In this document: one piece after another, positions 37,719 to 46,834 of the stretch
Numbering within the stretch: position 1 is the first letter of the stretch
How the letters are laid out: each line of letters begins with the position of its first letter
Assembly: GCA_027315345.1 (NCBI GenBank)
Contig: DAHUYE010000098.1
Coordinates: 1,775 to 65,774 of the forward strand
DNA: 64,000 bases
Origin: Actinomycetota bacterium
Lineage (GTDB): Bacteria; Actinomycetota; Acidimicrobiia; Acidimicrobiales; JAJPHE01
Direction of reading: 5' to 3'
Program-made: the position numbers and the translations under genes
Notes under the pieces: model-generated
Databases searched by the model: none
What the model saw: only the letters and a program-made list of their open reading frames with translations
What the model was told of the DNA's origin: nothing

Positions 37719-38843
37719 ATGACCACCGTGGGGGAAGAGGTGCCGGTCGAGTACACCGCCGACGAGTTGCTGGCGTCGCACCCGGGGACGGAGCCCCTGA
37801 TCGTCGGGGGGGTCCGGTGTCACGGCGGATTCGATCAGGACGGCGCCTACGTTCCGCCCCGGACGCTCAACCGGGTCCCGGCCATCCGGGCCTGGCAGGC
37901 CAAGCGCCTGGCCGAGACCGGCACCCCCATCCTCGACGTTCCCTTGGAGACCTGGCCCGAGCACTACCCCAATCTGGGCCAGGCCCGCTTCCTGCTCGAG
38001 CAGGGGGTCAGCCAGCCCCTGGTCTCCACCCTGACCCGGATCGGCACCGTGGAGGGCTTCGGCGCCGCCATCCGCCACGTCCCTCTGCCCGACCTGCCGC
38101 GCTGCTTCGATGAGGACATCGAGGGCACGGCCCTGGCCCACCTCGGCCAGGGCCTGTACGAGGCCCACGCCCGGGACGAAGCCGGGTTCGAGGCGGCCGC
38201 CGGCCATCAGCAGATGTGGTTCGCGGCCCGGGACATCGCCTTCGAGGGACCCGTGGATGAGGTGGCCGTCCAGGGCATCCTGGCCCGCATGGGCTTCGGA
38301 AACCGCGGCTCGGCCGACCCGGCCGAAGCCCGTCGCCAGGCCATAGCCGCCCGGATCCTGCCCGCCGACGTCCCCTACGACCTCGAGGCCGTCATCAACT
38401 TCATGGCCCGGGTCCTGCTCATCGAGATATCGGCCTTCCACACCTTCGCCTGGGCCGAGTCACTGCTGAGCGACACCGCCCTGGTGGCCGGGGAGGGTGA
38501 CGCCGCCCGCATCGTCTCCTACATCCGCCAGGACGAGACCCCCCATGTCGAGTACCTCAAGACGGCGCTGTCCGAGATGCGGGACCGGACCTTCGTGGGG
38601 GAGTCGGGCCGGCGCTATCCCGGCACCGAGATGGTGGGGCCCCTGTGGGAGGCCGCCCTGGCCCAGTCACTGGGCGCCGGGCGCCAGCAGAGCCTGGCGG
38701 CGCTGCTCAACGAGGTCACCTTGGCCCTGTCCGAGCGGTCCGACGGGGCTGACATCCTCGAGCAGTTCCACGCCCTGGGGTCGGTACGGCCCGCCCCGGA
38801 TGGCAGCTGGGCCAAGACCACGGGTGAACCACTGACCTATTGA
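37719..38843 (+). CDS. Uncharacterised ferritin-like (diiron carboxylate) protein
   Basis: TVEG, HARDE(x8)H, IEISAF, IRQDETPH. TAATCT -10 seven nt before the ATG. Confidence 0.6.
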   Translation: MTTVGEEVPVEYTADELLASHPGTEPLIVGGVRCHGGFDQDGAYVPPRTLNRVPAIRAWQAKRLAETGTPILDVPLETWPEHYPNLGQARFLLEQGVSQPLVSTLTRIGTVEGFGAAIRHVPLPDLPRCFDEDIEGTALAHLGQGLYEAHARDEAGFEAAAGHQQMWFAARDIAFEGPVDEVAVQGILARMGFGNRGSADPAEARRQAIAARILPADVPYDLEAVINFMARVLLIEISAFHTFAWAESLLSDTALVAGEGDAARIVSYIRQDETPHVEYLKTALSEMRDRTFVGESGRRYPGTEMVGPLWEAALAQSLGAGRQQSLAALLNEVTLALSERSDGADILEQFHALGSVRPAPDGSWAKTTGEPLTY

Positions 38844-39018
38844 GCACCCGCCCCCGGGCGGATGCGAAGTGGATCCGAACCCCGCCGCCGGGGCGGGTCG
38901 GGCCTCCCTACGGGGGCCGGATTCGGCGCGCCCGGCCTGTAGCCGGCGTCTCCGCCTGTCCCGGTTTGGGGGCTTGGTCCTCTTCTGAGAGTGAAAAGAC
39001 GGCCGCCGCGGGCCTTCA

Positions 39019-39075
39019 GTGGTTGACCGGTGGGGGGATGGGGCGTAGGGTGGATCAAGGTGGTGCGAAAGGGAG
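39019..39075 (+). promoter_or_regulatory. MraZ-binding direct repeats (GTGG with ~10-bp period)
   Basis: GTGG at 39019, 39030, 39050, 39060; ATGG at 39038; GGGAG at 39071; directly upstream of mraZ. Confidence 0.7.
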
Positions 39076-39114
39076 GGGCCCAGAGCACCGCTGGGAGCAG
39101 GGTGGTTTTGTCAG

Positions 39115-39552
39115 GTGGCGAGCTTCTTCGGCCAGTACGAGCATTCGATCGACCCCAAGGGCCGGTTGATCCTGCCGGCCAAGTTCCGGTCCCAGTTCGA
39201 CGTCGACGGCTCGGTGGGCTTTCTCAGCCAGCACACCGAGGGCTGCCTGGCGCTCTACACCCCGGACGAGTTCGACATCCGCATGGCCCAGATGCGGGAG
39301 CTGGCCCAGCGGGGTCCGGCCGAGCGCAACATGGTCCGTTTCTGGTCCTCGGGAACGGCCCAGGTCGAGATCGACAAGCAGGGTCGCATGGCCCTGCCCA
39401 ACAACCTGCGGGAGTACGCCCAGCTGATTCCCGAAGGGCCTGTCCTGGTGGTCGGCGCCATCGAGCGGGTCGAACTGTGGAATCCGGACCGGTGGGAGGA
39501 GAAGGTCGGCCCGGAGGAGGAGCGTCTGATTCAAGGAGGGGTGACCGCCTAG
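39115..39552 (+). CDS. mraZ: dcw cluster transcriptional regulator MraZ
   Basis: FFGQYEHSIDPKGRLILPAKFR, IDKQGR..LP, ERVELW. Confidence 0.93.
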   Translation: MASFFGQYEHSIDPKGRLILPAKFRSQFDVDGSVGFLSQHTEGCLALYTPDEFDIRMAQMRELAQRGPAERNMVRFWSSGTAQVEIDKQGRMALPNNLREYAQLIPEGPVLVVGAIERVELWNPDRWEEKVGPEEERLIQGGVTA

Positions 39553-39572
39553 GGGTATCGACCTGGTCCCTG

Positions 39573-39676
39573 TGCAGCCTCTCGACCGGCAAGGTGGGAG
39601 TTCCCTACTCCGCCCGCTTCCATCTTGGCCAGCCGGGGAGACATCCGGCTGGCTCCGTGCCGGTCGAGAGGCTGCA
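39573..39676 (+). ncRNA. mraW RNA motif-like three-way junction
   Basis: Perfect 19-bp outer stem (39573-39591 with 39658-39676). Inner stems AAGGTGGGAG/CTTCCATCTT with a pyrimidine-rich loop and GCCAGCCGG/CCGGCTGGC. Located between mraZ and rsmH. Confidence 0.75.
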
Positions 39677-39677
39677 G

Positions 39678-40643
39678 ATGGACCAGGACTTCAGGCATGA
39701 ACCTGTCATGGTCACGGAGGTCCTGGACCTCCTCGGCCCCCTGCCTCCGGGCTGGGTGATCGATGCCACCGTGGGCGGGGGCGGACACGCCGCCGCCGTG
39801 CTGGAGGCCCATCCTCACCTGTCCGTGCTGGGTCTGGACCGGGACGGCGCCGCCGTGGCCGCCGCCTCCCGGCGACTGGCGCCCTACGGCCCCCGGGCCC
39901 AGGTGGTCGGGGCCCGCTTCGATCGCCTGGCCCTCGAAGCGGAGAAGCTCCGCCGGCAGACCGGCTCCGATGTGGTCGGCGTGCTCTTCGACCTGGGCGT
40001 CAGCTCGGTCCAGATCGACCGCCCGGAGCGGGGCTTCTCCTACCGGAGCGCCGGTCCGCTCGATATGCGGATGGACCCGTCCTCGGGGATGACGGCCGCC
40101 GACGTGGTCAACGGCTACGAGGAGGCCGAACTGGCCCGGATCTTCCGGGACAACGGTGAGACCCGTTGGGCGGGCCGGATGGCGCGGGCCATCGTGGCCG
40201 CCCGGCCCCTGTCCGACACCGCTGCCCTGGCCGAGGCCGTGGCCGGCTCCGTGCCCGCCCCGGCCCGGCGCCGGGGACATCCCGCCGCCCGGGTCTTCCA
40301 GGCCCTGCGCATCGAGGTAAACGCCGAGCTCGAGGTGCTCTCGGCCACCCTGGACCAGGTCCCCGGCGTTCTGCCTCGGGCGGGCCGTGCCCTGGTGCTG
40401 GCCTACCACTCGGGTGAGGACCGCATGGTCAAAGACCGCTTCCGCAGCTGGTCCGGGGGGGCTTGTACCTGTCCTCCCGGCCTGCCCTGCGCCTGTGGGG
40501 CGCCGCGGTTCGCCCGGCTCCTAGGCCGGGGCGCCCGCCAGGCCGGCGCCGAGGAGTTGGCCGCCAACCCCCGGGCGTCGGCGGCCCGCCTCCGGGCCGT
40601 TGAGATGGTGGAGATGGTTCCCGACCCTGAGGATCAATCGTGA
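39678..40643 (+). CDS. rsmH: 16S rRNA m4C1402 methyltransferase RsmH
   Basis: HEPVM, DATVGGGGH, DLGVSS.Q.D.PERGFSY, PLDMRMD, FQALRIEVN, YHSGED, NPRA. Confidence 0.95.
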   Translation: MDQDFRHEPVMVTEVLDLLGPLPPGWVIDATVGGGGHAAAVLEAHPHLSVLGLDRDGAAVAAASRRLAPYGPRAQVVGARFDRLALEAEKLRRQTGSDVVGVLFDLGVSSVQIDRPERGFSYRSAGPLDMRMDPSSGMTAADVVNGYEEAELARIFRDNGETRWAGRMARAIVAARPLSDTAALAEAVAGSVPAPARRRGHPAARVFQALRIEVNAELEVLSATLDQVPGVLPRAGRALVLAYHSGEDRMVKDRFRSWSGGACTCPPGLPCACGAPRFARLLGRGARQAGAEELAANPRASAARLRAVEMVEMVPDPEDQS

Positions 40644-41176
40644 CGGCCACCCAGCGGCCCACCCGGGCCAGCCTCCAGTCGGCGGCCTTGGCCGCCCCCC
40701 GCCCCGCCCCTCGGCAGTCGCCCCGGCCCACGCCCCTGCGGGTGGTGGCGCCGGGGGAGCGGACCCCCCAGGCCCGCCTCCGCCGCCGCCGGCTCACCGT
40801 CTTCGGGCTGGCCGCCCTGGCCGTTCTCGGGCTCTTCGGCCTGGTAGCCGAGCACACCGTGCTGGCCCAGCAGCAGTTCCGGCTGGCCAGCCTGCAGAGC
40901 CAGGCCGCCGCCGAGCAGGCCCAGAACCAGGCCCTGCAGCTCCAGGTGGCCCAACTCCAGTCACCGTCCCGCATCGTCTCCGAGGCCCGCACCAAGCTCG
41001 GCATGGTTCCGCCCGCCGGCATCACCTACCTGGTCCCGGGACAGAAGGGCGCCAAGGTCAAAGGGCAGCCGACCCCGGCGCCGCCGCCCTCACATACCTC
41101 CTCCTCCTCCTCCTCCTCCTCCTCCTCCTCGTCCTCCTCGTCCTCGTCCTCCTCGTCGGCCTCAGCGGCCCCGTGA
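40640..41176 (+). CDS. ftsL: Cell division protein FtsL-like with poly-Ser tail
   Basis: Position between rsmH and ftsI; TM, coiled coil, SPSRI..EA..KLGMV. Confidence 0.75.
   Translation: MTATQRPTRASLQSAALAAPRPAPRQSPRPTPLRVVAPGERTPQARLRRRRLTVFGLAALAVLGLFGLVAEHTVLAQQQFRLASLQSQAAAEQAQNQALQLQVAQLQSPSRIVSEARTKLGMVPPAGITYLVPGQKGAKVKGQPTPAPPPSHTSSSSSSSSSSSSSSSSSSSSASAAP
41099..41158 (+). repeat. (TCC)10 + TCC/TCG microsatellite encoding Ser20
   Basis: Read directly from the sequence. Confidence 0.95.
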
Positions 41177-43047
41177 CGCCGCCGCCCGTCGCCCCCCGGC
41201 CCCGCGTCCGGTGGGCTCCCGGGCCGGCTCTGACCGGCGTCCCGGTGCGGCGGCTGGGGGTCATGACCCTGGCCATCTGCGTCATGTTCGTGGCCGTGGT
41301 GGCCCGGCTGGTGATGATCCAGCAGGTCCACGGGGCCGGATACGCCGCCTACGGTGTGTCCGAGCGCACCCGGGCCGTGAGCATCACGGCCGAACGGGGC
41401 TCGATAGTCGACCGGAGCGGAAACGTGCTGGCCATGTCGGTCACCCTCACGACCATCTACGCAGACCCCCACCAGGTGACCGACCCCCGTCTGGAGGCAT
41501 CCGAGCTGGCCCCCGTCCTTCAGCTGCCTGAGGCTCGGATCGAGGCTGAGCTCAGCGCCGACTCCGGCTTCGAGTATCTGGCTCACTCCGTTTCCGATGC
41601 CGAAGCCGCCGCGGTGGAGAAGCTGAACCTGCCCGGTATCGCCACCGAGCCCGAGTCCAAGCGTTTCGATCCGGATGGCGGCCTGGCTGCTTCGGTGCTG
41701 GGGGGAGTCGACTACGCCGGCCTCGGTTCTTCCGGGATCGAGTACCAGTACAACGCCAAGCTGGCGGGCAAGCCCGGCCTGCAGCGCCTGCAGGAGGGCC
41801 TGGGGGGCCAGGCCATCCCCGGCACCTCCCGGGCCATCATCCCGGCCGTGCCCGGCCAGAGCCTGGAGCTGACCCTCGACAGCGCCATCCAGTACGAGGC
41901 CGAGTCCGTGCTGGGTCAGGAAATCGTCTCCTCCCACGCCCTGGGCGGCACCGCGGTGATCATGCAGTCCAAGACCGGACAGATCCTGGCCATGGCCAAC
42001 CTGGTGGCCGACGCCAAGAGCCCGAACGGGGTGGACCCGGCCCCTTCCAACACCGCCGTCACCCAGGTCTACGAGCCCGGATCGGTGATGAAGGGCATCA
42101 CCATGTCCGCTGCCCTGCAGAGCGGGGTGGTGGTTCCCTCCACCCGCTTCGTGGTGCCCTACAGCGTCAACCTGGATGGTTCGGTCATCCATGATGCCGA
42201 CATGCACCCGGTCGAGTACTGGTCGATCCCCGACATCCTCGCCTACTCGTCCAACGTGGGAACCCTGCATGTGTCCCAGTTGCTCGGGTCGGCCCGTATC
42301 TATCAGTACATGCGGGCCTTCGGGCTGGGGTCGAGGACGGCTCTGAACTGGCCGGGCGAATCCGAGGGCATCCTGCCTCCCCCCAGCATCTGGTCGGGTA
42401 CCTCCATCGGGACCATTCCGATCGGCCAGGGCGTGGCCGCCACACCCATGCAGATCCTCGACGTCTACAACACCATCGCCAATGGGGGGCTCTACGTTTC
42501 CCCTTCCTTGGTCAATGGCTGGCTCAACTCGGCCGGGGTCCTCAGTCCCAGCCCCGGATTGCCCGGCCACCGGGTGGTGTCGGCTCAGACGGCCAGGCAG
42601 ATGACGGCAATGTTGGAAGGAGTGGTCAAATCCGGAACGGGCACCGCCGCCGCCATCAACGGTTATGACGTGGCCGGAAAGACGGGAACGGCCCAGAAGC
42701 CGAACCCCACCAGCGGGGGCTACCTGTCCGGGCAATACATGGCTTCCTTCGTCGGCTTCGCTCCGGCCGAGGATCCCCAACTCACCGCCATCGTGGTGCT
42801 CGACCGGCCGACTCCGGTCTTCTATGGCGGCAGCGTGGCCGCACCGGTGTTCTCCCGGATCATGGCCTACGCCATGCGCAGCCTTCAGATCCCCCCGCCC
42901 GCCCACGAGGATCTGGGCTGGGACGTGCCCCAGGTGGATGCCAGCGCGGCGGCGGCGGGCAGTGACAACGGCCCAGCCCAGAAGGTCCTGCCGGTCACCC
43001 CGCCGCCGGCTTCGGCCCGCTCCAGCGCCGGCTCCCGCCGGCCCTGA
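41173..43047 (+). CDS. ftsI: Class B penicillin-binding protein FtsI
   Basis: RGSIVDRSG, YEPGSVMK (SxxK), SSN, KTGTAQK. GTGA-coupled start. Confidence 0.92.
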   Translation: MTPPPVAPRPRVRWAPGPALTGVPVRRLGVMTLAICVMFVAVVARLVMIQQVHGAGYAAYGVSERTRAVSITAERGSIVDRSGNVLAMSVTLTTIYADPHQVTDPRLEASELAPVLQLPEARIEAELSADSGFEYLAHSVSDAEAAAVEKLNLPGIATEPESKRFDPDGGLAASVLGGVDYAGLGSSGIEYQYNAKLAGKPGLQRLQEGLGGQAIPGTSRAIIPAVPGQSLELTLDSAIQYEAESVLGQEIVSSHALGGTAVIMQSKTGQILAMANLVADAKSPNGVDPAPSNTAVTQVYEPGSVMKGITMSAALQSGVVVPSTRFVVPYSVNLDGSVIHDADMHPVEYWSIPDILAYSSNVGTLHVSQLLGSARIYQYMRAFGLGSRTALNWPGESEGILPPPSIWSGTSIGTIPIGQGVAATPMQILDVYNTIANGGLYVSPSLVNGWLNSAGVLSPSPGLPGHRVVSAQTARQMTAMLEGVVKSGTGTAAAINGYDVAGKTGTAQKPNPTSGGYLSGQYMASFVGFAPAEDPQLTAIVVLDRPTPVFYGGSVAAPVFSRIMAYAMRSLQIPPPAHEDLGWDVPQVDASAAAAGSDNGPAQKVLPVTPPPASARSSAGSRRP

Positions 43048-43062
43048 CCAGGCGGCCCCCCG

Positions 43063-44475
43063 GTGCGCATGGACCGCCTGCTCGTGGGCCTCGAGGTCAT
43101 CGAGGCCGTGGGCGACCCCAGTTCGGCGGAAGTTCTGGCTGTCACCGAGGATTCCCGGAAGGTGCAAAGCGGATCGCTCTACTGCTGTGTCACCGGCCTG
43201 GTCAGTGACGGCCACGACTACGCCGACCAGGCCATCCGCTCCGGGGCCGTGGGCCTGCTGTGTGAGAAGAAGCTGCCCGTCTCCGTTCCCCAGGCGGTGG
43301 TGGCCGAGGTCCGCCCGGCCATGGCCGAGGTGGCCGCCACCTTCCATGGGCGGCCTTCCGAGCATCTGGCCGTTATAGGGGTGACCGGGACCAACGGTAA
43401 GACCACCGTCACCCATATGCTGCGCGCCGTGTTGGAAGCCCACGGATGGCCGACCGGGCTGTTCGGGACCCTGAGTGGGACGCGCACCACCGCCTCCGCC
43501 CCCGACTTGCAGGAGGCACTGGCCACCTCCCTGCGGGACGGTTGTCAGGCCGTGGCCATGGAGGTTTCATCCCACGCCCTGACCCAGCACCGGGTGGACG
43601 CCGTGCGCTTCGCCGCCGCCGTGTTCACCAACCTGAGTCAGGATCATCTCGACTACCACGGGACCATGGAGGCCTACTTCCAGGCCAAGGCCGGCCTGTT
43701 CCAGTCCGGTCAGGCCGCCGTGTCCGTCATCAACATCTCCGGGCCCTGGGGCCGCCGGCTGGCCGCCATGGCCTCCGGTGCGGTCCTCACTTATTCCGTC
43801 GAGGATGCCCGAAACGTGGAGTCGGGCCTGGACGGCAGCCGGTTCACATGGCGCTCCCAGCCGGTCTCGCTTCCTCTGGGAGGGTCGTTCAACATCGAGA
43901 ACGCCCTGGCCGCCGCCACCACCGCCTCGGCCCTGGGGGTGGCCGATGAGACGATCGCGGCCGGTCTGTCGGCGCTGGCTCCGGTCCGGGGCCGCATGGA
44001 ACACATCCGGGCCGGCCAGGACTTCGAGGTGGTGGTCGACTTCGCCCACACCCCGGAGGGGCTGGAGCGCATCCTGGCCTCCGCCCGCTCGGGGTCGGGC
44101 CGGGTGGTGGTGGTCTTCGGCTGCGGCGGAAACCGGGACCGCTCCAAGCGGCCGCTGATGGGCGCCGTCGCCTCCAAACTGGCCGATCTGGCCGTGCTCA
44201 CCAGTGACAACCCCCGGGACGAGGATGCGCTGGAGATAATCCAACAGATACGCGCCGGCATGGACGGCCCGGCCGAGGTGGCGGTGGACCCCGACCGGGC
44301 TTCGGCCATCGCCCTCGCCTTGAACCGGGCCGGGCCGGGAGACGTCGTCATCGTGGCCGGAAAGGGCCATGAGACCGGTCAGGAGACAGCCGGGGTGGTG
44401 CGGGCCTTCGATGACGCCGCCGTGGTGAGGGAGTGGCTGGAGCAGGGCGGGGAGCACCGAGGGGAAAGCCGGTGA
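43063..44475 (+). CDS. murE: MurE (meso-DAP ligase)
   Basis: GVTGTNGKTT, MEVSSH, DHLDYH, DFAHTP, DNPR (DAP specificity), GKGHE. Confidence 0.95.
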   Translation: MRMDRLLVGLEVIEAVGDPSSAEVLAVTEDSRKVQSGSLYCCVTGLVSDGHDYADQAIRSGAVGLLCEKKLPVSVPQAVVAEVRPAMAEVAATFHGRPSEHLAVIGVTGTNGKTTVTHMLRAVLEAHGWPTGLFGTLSGTRTTASAPDLQEALATSLRDGCQAVAMEVSSHALTQHRVDAVRFAAAVFTNLSQDHLDYHGTMEAYFQAKAGLFQSGQAAVSVINISGPWGRRLAAMASGAVLTYSVEDARNVESGLDGSRFTWRSQPVSLPLGGSFNIENALAAATTASALGVADETIAAGLSALAPVRGRMEHIRAGQDFEVVVDFAHTPEGLERILASARSGSGRVVVVFGCGGNRDRSKRPLMGAVASKLADLAVLTSDNPRDEDALEIIQQIRAGMDGPAEVAVDPDRASAIALALNRAGPGDVVIVAGKGHETGQETAGVVRAFDDAAVVREWLEQGGEHRGESR

Positions 44476-45527
44476 TCGCCATTCTCCTGGCCGGAGGCAT
44501 TTCCCTGCTGGTCTCGCTCCTGGGTGCGCCCATCCTGATCCGTTGGCAGCACGTGCATGGGATCGGACAGCAGATCCGGGAGGACGGCCCCCAAGGCCAC
44601 ATCACCCGGGCCGGGACGCCGACCATGGGCGGCATCGGGATCGTGGCGGCGGTGGTGGTCGGTTACCTGACGGCCCACCTGGGCCTGCACGGCGTTCGAC
44701 TCAGCATCGGCACGGTGGTTACGCGCTCGGGCATCCTGGCCGTGGCGGCGGTGGTGGGCGCCGCCGCCATCGGACTGCTCGATGACTGGATCAGTGTCAG
44801 CCGGAAGCGCAACCTGGGCCTCAACAAGAGATGGAAGTTCGGGCTCCTGCTGGTTTTGGCCCTCTGTTTTGGTATGGCCGCCCTGCACTGGTCGGGCATC
44901 AATACCCACCTCTCCTTCACCCGTTACAACTACCCCGGAGTCCAACTGGGCCAGTGGGGCTGGCTGCTCCTGGCCGCCCTGGTCATGACCGGCACCACCA
45001 ACGCTGTCAACTTCACCGACGGCCTCGACGGCCTGGCCTCGGGGGCGGCCACCTTCGCCTTCTCCACCTTCGTGATAATCGGCTACTGGCAGTTCCGGCA
45101 CCTTTCCATCTACGGCGTGCACCACAGCCTGGACCTGGCTCTGGTGGCGGCGGCGCTGGCCGGGTCCTGCACCGGCTTTTTGTGGTGGAACGCCTCCCCG
45201 GCCCGGATCTTCATGGGCGATACCGGGGCCCTGGCCATCGGCGGCGGAATGGCCGCCCTGTCGCTGGAGATGAACCTGCAGCTGCTTCTGCCCGTGGTGG
45301 CCGGGTTGTTCGTCCTGGTCGGGCTGTCGGTGGTCGTCCAGATCCTCAGCTTCCGCCTGTTCCACCGGCGGGTCTTTCGCATGGCTCCGCTGCATCACCA
45401 CTTCGAACTGGGGGGATGGCCGGAGACGACGGTCATCGTGCGGTTCTGGATCCTGGCCGGGATATGCACCGCGCTGTCGCTGGGGATCTTCTACGCCGAC
45501 TTCCTCCGCTTCGGCCAGGCCGGATGA
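44472..45527 (+). CDS. mraY: Phospho-MurNAc-pentapeptide translocase
   Basis: GTPTMGG, DD, NAVNFTDGLDGLA, FMGDTG, MAPLHHHFE. Confidence 0.95.
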   Translation: MIAILLAGGISLLVSLLGAPILIRWQHVHGIGQQIREDGPQGHITRAGTPTMGGIGIVAAVVVGYLTAHLGLHGVRLSIGTVVTRSGILAVAAVVGAAAIGLLDDWISVSRKRNLGLNKRWKFGLLLVLALCFGMAALHWSGINTHLSFTRYNYPGVQLGQWGWLLLAALVMTGTTNAVNFTDGLDGLASGAATFAFSTFVIIGYWQFRHLSIYGVHHSLDLALVAAALAGSCTGFLWWNASPARIFMGDTGALAIGGGMAALSLEMNLQLLLPVVAGLFVLVGLSVVVQILSFRLFHRRVFRMAPLHHHFELGGWPETTVIVRFWILAGICTALSLGIFYADFLRFGQAG

Positions 45528-46834
45528 AGTCGGCTCTCGTCCTCGGCCTGGGCGTGAGCGGGCGTTCCGTGGTTTCCACCCTCCAGCAACGCGGCTGGAG
45601 GGTGGATGTTGTCGATGACCGCCCGTCGGATGCGACGCGTGAGTTCGCCACCCGGGCCGGGGTCACCATGTACGAGGCCCCCGGTGGGGCTGAGTTGGCC
45701 GAGCTGGCGGCCCGCTCGGGACTGGTGGTGGTCAGCCCCGGTCTTCCGCCCACACACCCGGTCTTCGCCCTGCCGGGCGTAGAGCCGATCAGCGAGATCG
45801 AGCTCGGCTCCCGTTGGGTCACCGTCCCGATGGTCGCCGTGACCGGGACCAACGGAAAGACCACGGTGGCGACCATGGTGGCGGCCATGCTGGAGGCATC
45901 CCACCGGCGGTCGCTGGCCGCGGGCAATATCGGCCTACCTCTGGTAGAGGCGGCCGGCCAGGAGGCGGATGTACTGGTGGTGGAGGTTTCTTCTTTTCAA
46001 CTGGCGCTCAGCTTCAGCTTCCACCCGGCGGTGGCGGTGTGGCTCAACTTCGCCCCCGACCATCTGGACTGGCATCCGGACCTCGATCATTACGCCGCCA
46101 GCAAGGCCCGCATCTGGGCCCGCCAGGGGCCTGGGGACACGGCGGTGCTGAATGCGACCGACCCCGTCGTCATGGCCGCCGCCTCGGGCATCCCGGCCGG
46201 CGTGAGGCGGGTCACCTTCGGCGGAGCGGACTCCGACTATCGCTGCCGGTCGGGCCAGCTCATCGGACCCGACGGCCCGATCCTGGCCGTCAGCGAGATG
46301 CCCAGGTCGCTGCCCCACGACATAGATAACGCCCTGGCGGCCACCGCCGCCGCCGTGAGCGCCGGCGCCGAGCTCGACGCCTGCCGGACCGTGCTGGCCC
46401 AGTTCGACTCGCTGCCCCACCGGGTCGAGTTCGTGGCCGAGATCGGCGGGGTCGGCTTCTACGACGACTCCAAGGCCACCACCCCCGCCTCGGTGCTGGC
46501 GGCCCTGGCCGGGTTCGATTCGGTGGTACTCCTGGCCGGGGGGCAGAACAAGGGCCTCGACCTGGGTGCCCTCCGGGCCGGAGCCGGCCGCCTCCGGGCC
46601 GTGGTGGCCATCGGGGCTGCCGGCGCCGAGGTGGAGGAGGCCCTGGGCGATCTCACCACCGTCAGGCGGGCGTCGTCCATGGCCGAGGCGGTCGACACCG
46701 CCGCCGCCGCGGCTCATCCCGGTGACGTGGTCCTGCTTTCCCCCGGGTGTGCTTCTTTCGACTGGTACCGCTCCTACGCCGAGCGCGGCGATGATTTCGC
46801 CCGGTGCGTGAAGCAGCTGGGGGAACGCCGGTGA
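45524..46834 (+). CDS. murD: MurD
   Basis: LGLGVSG, VSPG, TGTNGKTT, EVSSFQL, DHLDWH, DDSKAT, LSPGCASFD. Confidence 0.95.
   Translation: MKSALVLGLGVSGRSVVSTLQQRGWRVDVVDDRPSDATREFATRAGVTMYEAPGGAELAELAARSGLVVVSPGLPPTHPVFALPGVEPISEIELGSRWVTVPMVAVTGTNGKTTVATMVAAMLEASHRRSLAAGNIGLPLVEAAGQEADVLVVEVSSFQLALSFSFHPAVAVWLNFAPDHLDWHPDLDHYAASKARIWARQGPGDTAVLNATDPVVMAAASGIPAGVRRVTFGGADSDYRCRSGQLIGPDGPILAVSEMPRSLPHDIDNALAATAAAVSAGAELDACRTVLAQFDSLPHRVEFVAEIGGVGFYDDSKATTPASVLAALAGFDSVVLLAGGQNKGLDLGALRAGAGRLRAVVAIGAAGAEVEEALGDLTTVRRASSMAEAVDTAAAAAHPGDVVLLSPGCASFDWYRSYAERGDDFARCVKQLGERR

Noticed and set aside
38844-38930. GC-rich hairpins after the ferritin-like gene (e.g. GGCCTCC-CTAC-GGGGGCC) and ORF 38840-39169
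   Set aside because: Short stems are expected at this GC content, with no U-tract or known motif. The ORF runs over the mraZ promoter and has no recognisable features.
39030-39677. Long N-terminal extensions in the ORF track for rsmH (also LLM, murC, murD, ftsI, lexA, pxpBC)
   Set aside because: Artefacts of taking the most upstream start; they overlap upstream genes. The SCO extension was kept only from ATG 22136, which does not overlap PCuAC beyond the stop.
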